Part shown: piece by piece, positions 56,805 through 64,000 of the stretch
Layout: each line of letters opens with the position of its first letter
How positions within the stretch are numbered: the first letter of the stretch is position 1
Assembly (NCBI GenBank): GCA_035461765.1
Contig: DATHUY010000145.1
Span: 11,964-75,963 of the forward strand
Direction of reading: 5' to 3'
Origin: Longimicrobiales bacterium
Lineage (GTDB): Bacteria > Gemmatimonadota > Gemmatimonadetes > Longimicrobiales > RSA9
DNA length: 64,000 bases
Program-made: the position numbers and the translations under genes
The notes under the pieces: model-generated
The model's database searches: none
What the model was told of the DNA's origin: nothing
The model's input: the letters and a program-made list of their open reading frames with translations, nothing else

Positions 56805-57689
56805 ATGCCCGAGCTTCCCGACGTCACCGTCTACATGGAACGACTGGCCGAGCTCATCGGCGGGCGCGTCATCCAGCGCGTGCGCATCACCAATCCGTTC
56901 GTGCTCCGCTCCGTCGAGCCGCCGATCCGCGCGGTGGAAGGCCGGCGCGTGGCAGGCGTCGACAGGATCGGCAAGCGGATCGTCGTGCCGCTCGATGGCG
57001 ATCTGTTCATTGTCGTGCACCTCATGATCGCCGGACGGCTTCGCTGGCGCGAGCCGGGGAAGAAGATCGGCGGTCGGATCGTGCTGGCGGAGTTCATGTT
57101 CGAGCATGGCACACTCTATCTGACGGAGGCGGGGACCACCCGCCGCGCGATGCTTCATGTGGTCGAGGGTGCGAAGTCGCTGCACGCGTTCGACCGGGGC
57201 GGTATCGATCCCGTCACCGCGGATCTGGCTGCATTCGCTCAGGTGCTGCGCTCGGAGAACCACACACTCAAGCGATCGCTCACCGACCCCCGGCTGTTCA
57301 GCGGCATTGGCAACGCGTATTCCGACGAGATCCTGCACCGCGCGCGGTTGTCACCGCTCGCACTGAGCGGGAGACTGAGCGAAGCTGACGTGGCGCGGCT
57401 GCATGCCGCGGTGCGCGATACGCTGGAGGAATGGACGGCTCGACTGCGTGCAGAGGCCGGCGCCACCCTGCCGGAGAAGGTGACGGCGTTCCACCCGGAG
57501 ATGGCGGTGCACGGCCGTTACGGAAAACCGTGTCCCGTCTGTGGCGCACCCGTCCAGCGCATCCGCTACGCGTCGAACGAAACGAACTACTGTGCGCGCT
57601 GCCAGACCGGTGGCCGGGTGCTGGCGGATCGCGCGATGTCGCGCCTGCTGAAGGACGACTGGCCGCGCTCGATCGACGACATCGAATGA
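56805..57689 (+). CDS. Fpg/Nei-family DNA glycosylase/AP lyase
   Basis: MPELPDV N-terminus (catalytic Pro2). C-terminal zinc finger CPVCGAPVQRIRYASNETNYCARCQ. The ORF-track start at 56655 (MRERERERE...) is rejected because it reads through the hexamer repeat. Confidence 0.85.
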   Translation: MPELPDVTVYMERLAELIGGRVIQRVRITNPFVLRSVEPPIRAVEGRRVAGVDRIGKRIVVPLDGDLFIVVHLMIAGRLRWREPGKKIGGRIVLAEFMFEHGTLYLTEAGTTRRAMLHVVEGAKSLHAFDRGGIDPVTADLAAFAQVLRSENHTLKRSLTDPRLFSGIGNAYSDEILHRARLSPLALSGRLSEADVARLHAAVRDTLEEWTARLRAEAGATLPEKVTAFHPEMAVHGRYGKPCPVCGAPVQRIRYASNETNYCARCQTGGRVLADRAMSRLLKDDWPRSIDDIE

Positions 57690-57833
57690 TCGGTGTCACC
57701 CACGTCGCTGCCCGCGCGACGTCCCGCCGGATGTCCTGTCCGGGCAGCATGTCGCCCTTGTGAGATGGAGGCCGGTGCGTATTCTTGAGGCGGCACTCGC
57801 CCGACCCATCCACCACTCGATCTGATCAGCGCC

Positions 57834-58322
57834 ATGCAGCCAGCTCCGCCGTTCCTCGATCCGGTGAACGCCGAGTTCTGGGTCCGTGTCGGCACCGCGT
57901 TCTTCTGTGGCGGCATCATCGGCCTCGAGCGGCAGGTCCGGGGCAAGCCGGCGGGCATCCGCACGAGCGTGCTGATCTGTCTCGGTACGTGCGTGTTCGT
58001 CATCCTGAGCAGCTCGTTTAATCAGCCGGGCGCCGACCCGACGCGTGTCCTGGGCCAGGTTGTGACGGGCATCGGGTTCCTGGGCGCCGGCGTCATCCTC
58101 ACGCGCGAGGGAGCGGTGCTTGGCGTGACGTCCGCGGCCACGATCTGGATGCTCGCTGCGATTGGCGCCGCAATCGGCTTCGGCTGGATCCAGGCGGCAC
58201 TGGCCCTGGCGGCGGTCACGGTCGGCATTCTCGTGGGCGTGGAGCTGCTCGAAGCATCGTTCGTCACGCTGCGCCGGGGCGTCCACGCCTGGCGCGGTAA
58301 CCGCACGGAATCCGGTGAGTGA
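57834..58322 (+). CDS. MgtC/SapB-family membrane protein
   Basis: GGIIGLERQVRGKPAGIRTSVLICLG is typical of the MgtC N-terminal domain. Confidence 0.8.
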   Translation: MQPAPPFLDPVNAEFWVRVGTAFFCGGIIGLERQVRGKPAGIRTSVLICLGTCVFVILSSSFNQPGADPTRVLGQVVTGIGFLGAGVILTREGAVLGVTSAATIWMLAAIGAAIGFGWIQAALALAAVTVGILVGVELLEASFVTLRRGVHAWRGNRTESGE

Positions 58323-58323
58323 C

Positions 58324-58821
58324 ATGCGCATTCGGGTGTTCGTGACGGGCGGTACGTTCGACAAGGAATACGACGAGCTGCACGGCACGCTCGATTTCCG
58401 CGAGACGCACGTCCCCGAGATGCTGCGGCTCGGGCGCTCGCGCGTCGATGTCGCCGTCACCACGCTCATGATGATGGACAGCCTGGACATCTCGAGCGCC
58501 GACCGCACGCGCATCGTCGACCAGTGCCTCACATGCGCGGAAAGTCAGATCGTCATCACGCACGGCACGGACACGATGGTGGAAACCGCGCGCGCGCTCG
58601 CGCAGCAGCATGCCGACAAGACCATTGTCCTCACCGGCGCCATGATTCCCTATGCGTTCGGCAGCTCCGATGGCCTCTTCAATCTCGGCAGCGCGCTTTC
58701 CTTCGTGCAGGTGCTGCCTGCCGGCGTCTACATTGCCATGAACGGGCGCTGGTTCCCCTGGAACGATGTGCGGAAGAACCGCGCGACCGGCACGTTCGAG
58801 CCGCTGCCCCCTTCCGGCTGA
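58324..58821 (+). CDS. Short asparaginase N-terminal-domain protein
   Basis: VFVTGGTFDK and ITHGTDTM motifs of L-asparaginase/GatD-type enzymes. Only about 165 aa. Starts 1 nt after the MgtC stop. Confidence 0.7.
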   Translation: MRIRVFVTGGTFDKEYDELHGTLDFRETHVPEMLRLGRSRVDVAVTTLMMMDSLDISSADRTRIVDQCLTCAESQIVITHGTDTMVETARALAQQHADKTIVLTGAMIPYAFGSSDGLFNLGSALSFVQVLPAGVYIAMNGRWFPWNDVRKNRATGTFEPLPPSG

Positions 58822-58828
58822 AGCCGGG

Positions 58829-59251
58829 TCGTTCCTCGTCGACGATCTCATCGTGCAGCGCTACATCGAGCTGGAAGACAGTATCCGCAGGGTCATGACC
58901 GTCGTAAAGATGCGGGGCAGCGAACACCCGACCGCATGGCGCGCCTACGACATCGGCCAGGGTGGCATCACCGTCGGTGAAGAGCTGAACGAGTACCGCG
59001 GTATCATTACCGGGGTACCGGTGCCTCGCGAGGACATCTCCATTGCCCGTCTCTCCGCTACGGAGATCGCAGTTCTGAACGTGATTTCCCAGGCCGGCGA
59101 ATCCGAGGTGGAACCAATTGTGCAAAGTACACGGATAGACGCCGCCAGAGTGCAATGGGCACTCGAGCGGCTGGTCCGGCTGGGCTATCTCGTCGCCAGA
59201 TCGCGCGGCGAAGGTCGTCTGTATCGACCTGCCGGGAGTGTGCTCGAATAG
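58829..59251 (+). pseudogene. KaiC/RecA-superfamily ATPase C-terminal remnant followed by a winged-helix domain; lacks Walker motifs
   Basis: FLVDDLIVQRYIELEDSIRRVMTVVKMRGSEHPTAWRAYDIGQGGITVGEEL..YRGIITGVP resembles the last ~70 aa of KaiC-like proteins. Homology begins abruptly next to the asparaginase stop. The only in-frame starts are the GTG at 58853, the ATG at 58895 and the overlapping ATG at 58766. Confidence 0.5.
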
Positions 59252-59263
59252 GCAGGAGGTAAT

Positions 59264-60460
59264 GTGCAGCACAGTGCCGGCGGAGCAGTCGGAGTCGAAG
59301 CATGGCTGACGCTCGCCGAGCGCGCCCCCGTCGGCATTGCCATCACTACCGGTGCGGACCACCGCCTCGAATATGCGAACCGCGCCTTCACGCGCATCGC
59401 CGGATCCCCCCACGCTGACCTCTGCGGGTGCCGTCCTGCCGATGTATTGAACAGCCCTGCCCTCACGCAGCGACTCGACACCGTGCTGCAGAGCGGTGTT
59501 CCCATTCATTCCGCGGAGCTGTACACCGCCGCCGGCAATGACTTCAGGCTTTCCGCCTGGCCGCGCGGTGACGAGATCGACGGTTCCGGCCTGGTCATCG
59601 AGCTCGACGAGGCCGTCGGTACCCACACGCGGCAACAGGAGACCGACGAGGTGCGCGAGGTCAATGCGCGGCTCGTACGGGCGGCGCTTCGCGAGGAGGA
59701 GCTAGCGGAACAGGCGAGGGCGGCCAGTCGTGCCAAATCGGAGTTCCTCGCCCTGATCAGTCACGAACTGCGCACGCCGCTGACCGCAGTGATCGGCTAC
59801 ACCGATATGCTGCAGACGGGCAAGGGCGGATTGAACGAGCAGGGCTCGCTGTGGACTGACCAAATTCGCTTCAGCGCCTGGCACCTGCGCCAGATCGTGG
59901 ACGATCTGCTCAGCACGGTGTCGGAGAACCGTGCTGCGGACGAGATCGTGCCGCAGTTTACCTGCGCGGATGCGATAGCGCGCGAGGCGATCGCGCTCGT
60001 GGAAACGAGGGCCGGCGAGAAGGGGCTCGAGGTGAGACTCGACGCGCCGCCCCTGAACATCCCGCTCCACACGGACCGGCGCAAGGTGCGCCGAGCCCTC
60101 GCCAACCTGCTGACGAACGCAGTGAAGTTCACGGACGAGGGGCTCGTCGAGCTGAAGGTCGAGCCGAATGGCGACGGCGTTGCCTTCCGCGTGCGTGACA
60201 CTGGTATCGGCATCAGCGAAGAGAACCTGGAGAGAATCTTCGAACCGTTCGTGCAGGTGGATCCGAGCACGACACGACGGTTCGGCGGGTGCGGCCTCGG
60301 CCTGGGCCTCAGCCGACGATTCGCGCGCGCGCTGGGAGGAGACCTGACGGTGACGAGCAGGCTCGGCGCCGGGAGCACGTTCAGCCTCATCATCCCCGGC
60401 ACGGCCACGGCGACTTCGGCCGACGGGGCCGGGTATCCAGACATTGCAGCGGAGGATTGA
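59264..60460 (+). CDS. PAS-domain sensor histidine kinase (cytoplasmic)
   Basis: PAS-like N-terminus. H-box FLALISHELRTPLTAV, N-box LTNAVKFT, DTGIGI, GCGLGLGLS. GGAGG lies before the GTG at 59264. Confidence 0.85.
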   Translation: MQHSAGGAVGVEAWLTLAERAPVGIAITTGADHRLEYANRAFTRIAGSPHADLCGCRPADVLNSPALTQRLDTVLQSGVPIHSAELYTAAGNDFRLSAWPRGDEIDGSGLVIELDEAVGTHTRQQETDEVREVNARLVRAALREEELAEQARAASRAKSEFLALISHELRTPLTAVIGYTDMLQTGKGGLNEQGSLWTDQIRFSAWHLRQIVDDLLSTVSENRAADEIVPQFTCADAIAREAIALVETRAGEKGLEVRLDAPPLNIPLHTDRRKVRRALANLLTNAVKFTDEGLVELKVEPNGDGVAFRVRDTGIGISEENLERIFEPFVQVDPSTTRRFGGCGLGLGLSRRFARALGGDLTVTSRLGAGSTFSLIIPGTATATSADGAGYPDIAAED

Positions 60461-60461
60461 C

Positions 60462-61334
60462 ATGGATCGGACCCGCCATGACCCGCCGACGAGAGCCGGC
60501 AGCACACCCCGGCACGGCATCGCGCCAGCTGCCAGTGCCGCTGAAATCGCGCACGGACAGACCAGCTCACAGCAGACCGTACAACGGCAGGACCGGCCTG
60601 ATCCCACCGAGCTCGACCGGAAGGGTGGGCACGGCAGCCTCCAGGACCAGTTCAGCGAGCTGCTGGCGGTCCGCAGCATATCCGATCTGCAGGATCGCGT
60701 GCGCGCGAATCCGCTGGGCGCGGTCGCGTTCGCGGCAGGAATCGGTTTCGCGCTGCAGCGGACTCATCTGCTGAGCGATATCGTGGGCGGAATGCTGTCC
60801 GGCGACGAGCCCGCCGAGCTGACGGCCGCGGAGGAACGGTTGCTCGCCTGGCTGAACGATGCGTACGCGCTCGAGAAGGCGCAGATCCCCATCCTCGAGA
60901 ATCACGCCGACGATGCGCGCAGGCAGCCGCACGTTCGCGATCGCGATCTGCAACATCTCGAGCGCACGAAGCAGCACGTGAAGATGGTGGAGAAGTGCAT
61001 CAGGCTGCTCGGCAGGAAGCCCTCGAAGGCGAAGTCGGCGGTGGGGCGGATCACGGGCGCCGTGAACAGCCTGTCGACGGAACCGTTCAATGACGAGGTC
61101 GTGCGCAACTTCCTCGCCGACTTCGCGTCGGAGAACCTCGAGGTCGCGTCGTATCAGGCGATCATCGTTGCCGCACGCGACGCCGGCCACGAAAAGATCG
61201 CGCGCATCTGCGAGGAGATCCTGGACGACGAGGAGGAGATGGCGGACTGGCTGCGCGCAAACCTGCCGCGCGCCGTGCGTGACACGCTCGGCGATCTCGA
61301 CATTGTGCGTGCCGACGAGCCGCCAGCGCGCTGA
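60462..61334 (+). CDS. DUF892 (YciE/YciF ferritin-like) protein with an N-terminal extension containing one hydrophobic segment
   Basis: LNDAYALEKAQIPILENH and ENLEVASYQAIIVAAR are ferritin-like DUF892 blocks. GGAGGA lies before the ATG at 60462. Confidence 0.7.
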   Translation: MDRTRHDPPTRAGSTPRHGIAPAASAAEIAHGQTSSQQTVQRQDRPDPTELDRKGGHGSLQDQFSELLAVRSISDLQDRVRANPLGAVAFAAGIGFALQRTHLLSDIVGGMLSGDEPAELTAAEERLLAWLNDAYALEKAQIPILENHADDARRQPHVRDRDLQHLERTKQHVKMVEKCIRLLGRKPSKAKSAVGRITGAVNSLSTEPFNDEVVRNFLADFASENLEVASYQAIIVAARDAGHEKIARICEEILDDEEEMADWLRANLPRAVRDTLGDLDIVRADEPPAR

Positions 61335-61358
61335 GTCAGGCCCGGTGTCCTCGCTGAC

Positions 61359-61379
61359 CAGCCGGAAATCATCCGGCTG
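61359..61379. terminator. Hairpin between convergent genes
   Basis: CAGCCGGA-AATCA-TCCGGCTG, 8-bp stem. Confidence 0.35.
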
Positions 61380-61407
61380 ATCAGCAGGCGCACCGCAACG
61401 CGGCCGA

Positions 61408-62046
61408 TCAGCGGAAGCGTACCAGCTCAGCCTGGTCGCCGCGTCCGCGCGAGCGGACCTCCACGCGAACCCGCTCGCCGCGGCGCAGCCGCTCGAAACG
61501 CCGCACGTCCTCGCGGCGCGCGTTGCGCGGCATGTAGACCAGCACACGCGACCGGGTCCCCGTCACTGTGAAGTAACCGCGCCGCACATCGACCGCCTGC
61601 ACCCGCCCTTCCAGACGCTGCACGCGGGTGCCCCATATATCGCCGCGGTCGCGATCATCCCGATCATCCCAGTCATCATCCCGGTCGCGGCGATCCGTAC
61701 GCCGTGCGCTCGAGCGCACCTCGATCCGGTCCGCCCACGCCGTATTGTTGCGATCGTACGCCAGCCGCATCTGCACCTGGTCGCCACGCTCCAGCGATGA
61801 CACCGGGTACTCACGGTTCTGATAGACCACACGCGTACGATTGTCATATCGGACCGTCTGGTCCCGGCCATACTGCTCGCGGACCTGAATCCGACCGCGC
61901 CTCGTGTCTACCGAGCGCACCTCGCCGTACAGCGACGTGCCGCCCCCGAAGACGTCTCCCATTCCGCCGAGACTCTCCAGTGGCGCGCACGCCGCCGCCG
62001 ATCCGGCCAGCAGCCCGATCGACATCATGATTTTCATCCGTCTCAT
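61408..62046 (-). CDS. Hypothetical lipoprotein with an internally duplicated domain and an Asp/Arg-rich linker
   Basis: Lipobox LLAGSAAACAP. Two similar halves (GEVRSVDTRRGRIQV... and GRVQAVDVRRGYFTV...) are separated by RRTDRRDRDDDWDDRDDRDRGD. GGAG lies before the ATG at 62046. Confidence 0.6.
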   Translation of the reverse strand: MRRMKIMMSIGLLAGSAAACAPLESLGGMGDVFGGGTSLYGEVRSVDTRRGRIQVREQYGRDQTVRYDNRTRVVYQNREYPVSSLERGDQVQMRLAYDRNNTAWADRIEVRSSARRTDRRDRDDDWDDRDDRDRGDIWGTRVQRLEGRVQAVDVRRGYFTVTGTRSRVLVYMPRNARREDVRRFERLRRGERVRVEVRSRGRGDQAELVRFR

Positions 62047-62231
62047 CGTGCTTCTCCTGCTTGACTCGCGACGAAAGCGACTGTCTCTTCGGAGGGGCAA
62101 CGGAGGGACCAGCGCGGAAAGCGCGCAACGGCGCCATTTGTGATTCGGGCCCGTCCCCCGGCGAGGACGGTGGCGCGGCCCCGCGTACGGACAACCGACC
62201 GACACCAGCAGGCAGGGCGGCCAACTTGAAC

Positions 62232-63503
62232 GTGGGAACCAGGTCCGGCGTTGCACGCGCGCTGAGACGGCTGCGCACCGTGATCTTCTGGCTCCACCTG
62301 ACCGCCGGACTCAGCGCTGCGGCCATCATCCTGACCATGTCGGTCACGGGCGTGCTGCTCACCTATCAGCGGCAGATCCAGGCCTGGGCGGATACGCGCG
62401 GGCTCGACGCCGGACCGCCGGCGGTGACCGACGCGACTGACGAAACGACGGGTGCGCCGACCCCGCTGTCACCGGAGGCGCTCCTGGAGCGGGTCGCCGC
62501 AACGCACCCCGGCACAGTGACGTCGGTACGCTGGAGCCGTGATCCCGCTGCGCCTGTCGAGGTCGCGCTCGGCCGCGACGTGACGTTGTTCGTGAACGGA
62601 TACACGGGCTCAGTGCTCGGCGACGGATCGGAACGAACGCGCGCGTTCTTCCGTACCGTGCTCGACTGGCACCGCTGGCTGGGACTGAAGGAGGACCTGC
62701 GGCCACGGGGCCGCGCTGTGACGGGTGCAGCGAACCTGCTGTTCCTCTTCATCGTGATCGCGGGCGTTTACCTCTGGTGGCCGCGCAACGTGACGCGCCG
62801 TTCATTCCGCAGTGTTCTCGTGTTCCGCACCGGGTTGCGGGGCAAGGCGCGCGATTTCAACTGGCACAATGTCATCGGTATCTGGTCCGTGGTGCCGCTG
62901 ATCATCGTCATCGCTTCGGGCGTCGTGATCTCTTATGCGATTGCGAGCGCAGCAGTCGCACGGCTTGCGGGATGGGACGCCCCGGCCGCCATGATGGCGC
63001 CAGCGCCGACCGCGGGTCCGTCGGCGGGCGTGACCGCACGTTCATCCCCCGATCGGGAACCCGTCCCGCCAGCCGACATGGCACCGGCGGACACGATGGC
63101 ACCGCAGGCATTTCTGCTCGGGCGCGCACGCGCGCAGATGCCGGACTGGCGCTGGGTGACCGTGCGCCTCCCCGTGAGGGACGGCCGGGTCGTGTACACG
63201 CTCGATGGCGGCTACCCCGGCCAGCCGCAGAAGCGCGCGCAGGTCACGCTGTCCGCCGCAACGGGCGACGTCGTCAGCTGGGACCCGTTCTCCAGCCAGG
63301 CGCGGGCGCAGCGGGTTCGCAGCATCCTGCGATACGCCCACACCGGTGAAGTGCTGGGGCTGGCGGGTCAGACCGTGGCGGGAATCGTGTCGGCGGCCGC
63401 GGTCGTCCTCGTATGGACAGGCGTCGCCCTCGCGCTGCGGCGGTTCGGTGCGTGGCGCCGCCGGCGGCGTCGTGGCGGGCGGGCGGCGCCGGCGGTACGT
63501 TAG
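62232..63503 (+). CDS. PepSY-associated TM helix (PiuB-like) membrane protein
   Basis: FWLHLTAGLSAAAIILTMSVTGVLLTYQRQI and RSILRYAHTGEVLGLAGQTVAGI are typical PepSY_TM blocks. Start uncertain (GTG 62232, TTG 62226 or the upstream ATG 62061). Confidence 0.7.
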   Translation: MGTRSGVARALRRLRTVIFWLHLTAGLSAAAIILTMSVTGVLLTYQRQIQAWADTRGLDAGPPAVTDATDETTGAPTPLSPEALLERVAATHPGTVTSVRWSRDPAAPVEVALGRDVTLFVNGYTGSVLGDGSERTRAFFRTVLDWHRWLGLKEDLRPRGRAVTGAANLLFLFIVIAGVYLWWPRNVTRRSFRSVLVFRTGLRGKARDFNWHNVIGIWSVVPLIIVIASGVVISYAIASAAVARLAGWDAPAAMMAPAPTAGPSAGVTARSSPDREPVPPADMAPADTMAPQAFLLGRARAQMPDWRWVTVRLPVRDGRVVYTLDGGYPGQPQKRAQVTLSAATGDVVSWDPFSSQARAQRVRSILRYAHTGEVLGLAGQTVAGIVSAAAVVLVWTGVALALRRFGAWRRRRRRGGRAAPAVR

Positions 63504-63533
63504 CGTCGAATACAGCTTCCTCCACGGGTCAAC

Positions 63534-64000
63534 ATGCCGATCACGTATTCGAGCTACCTGCGTCTGCCGGAGCTGCTGGCGCTGCAGACGCCCGCGTCGG
63601 AGCCGCCCGAGCACGATGAGACGCTGTTCATCGTGGTGCACCAGGTCTACGAGCTGTGGTTCAAGCAGATCCTGCACGAGCTCGACCGGATGCAGGTGCT
63701 GCTCGATGCCGATGACGATTCACGGGTACGGCACACGTTCAAGCGCGTGCTGACGATCCTCAAGGTGCTCGTCGCCCAGCTCGACATCCTCGAGACGATG
63801 ACGCCGCTCGAGTTCCTGACGTTCCGCGACCGCCTCGAGTCCGGCAGCGGGTTCCAGTCGTTTCAGTTCCGCGCGATCGAATTCGCCCTCGGCCTGAAGC
63901 GGCACAGTGCCGTATCACACTATCCGGAGGGCTCGCCGGCCCGGCTGTGGCTCGAGCAGCGCTTCGCGCGCGTCACGATCTGGGATTCCTTTCTGCACTA
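63534..64000 (+). CDS. kynA: Tryptophan 2,3-dioxygenase, 5' partial (runs off the window)
   Basis: My translation from the ATG at 63534 gives MPITYSSYLRLPELLALQTPASEPPEHDETLFIVVHQVYELWFKQILHELD..., the conserved TDO N-terminus. There is no stop before 64000, so it is absent from the ORF track. Confidence 0.85.
   Translation, partial: MPITYSSYLRLPELLALQTPASEPPEHDETLFIVVHQVYELWFKQILHELDRMQVLLDADDDSRVRHTFKRVLTILKVLVAQLDILETMTPLEFLTFRDRLESGSGFQSFQFRAIEFALGLKRHSAVSHYPEGSPARLWLEQRFARVTIWDSFLH

Noticed and set aside
58766-59251. Treating the 161-aa track ORF as an intact KaiC-family gene.
   Set aside because: It is far too short, lacks Walker A/B and catalytic Glu motifs, and its first 18 codons overlap the asparaginase-like gene in another frame. 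It is kept only as a probable remnant.

Overview
Very GC-rich bacterial chromosomal window. I found no rRNA, tRNA, CRISPR array, transposase, integrase or phage genes. I call 45 protein-coding genes (one runs off the 3' end), one probable gene remnant, several repeats and some hairpin terminators. Most long ORFs in the track are antisense shadow ORFs, or N-terminal over-extensions typical of high-GC DNA; I trimmed starts using signal peptides, lipoboxes, RBS-like motifs and ATGA/GTGA start-stop overlaps. The gene content points to a Gemmatimonadota- or Acidobacteriota-like Gram-negative organism (inference only): a SusC/SusD pair, a duplicated FtsX/MacB-type permease, a TIGR02999-type ECF sigma factor coupled to a Ser/Thr kinase, a two-gene EgtB/EgtD ergothioneine module and many secreted or lipoprotein amidohydrolases. 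Themes are (1) a cluster of exported cell-wall, peptide and amide-bond hydrolases, (2) small-molecule metabolism and transport, and (3) dense signalling. The hydrolases are a class A beta-lactamase-like protein, a GHL10-amidase fusion, an FGase-like lipoprotein, a D-aminoacylase behind SusC/SusD, a penicillin-acylase-family protein, GGT, an M20 peptidase, a NamZ-like protein and a Zn metalloprotease. The metabolism and transport genes include EgtB/EgtD, UbiD, TDO, a PLP decarboxylase, NhaC, CaCA, CNNM and MgtC. The signalling genes are an SBP-HK-NtrC operon, the STK-ECF sigma pair and a PAS histidine kinase. The most unusual item is an 819-aa lipoprotein at 50933-53392. It fuses a cholesterol-dependent-cytolysin-like pore-forming module, carrying the FF...YGR signature, to a seven-repeat FG-GAP/VCBS propeller in place of the canonical receptor-binding domain 4. 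Also notable are a short GGGAWCGGGA-type palindromic intergenic repeat family (4 copies at 3 loci), a 22-bp perfect inverted repeat enclosing 115 bp at the window start, a sensory-rhodopsin-transducer homologue with no rhodopsin nearby, a triple TonB-C protein and a KaiC C-terminal remnant. All family assignments rest on motif recognition by eye and need HMM or BLAST confirmation.
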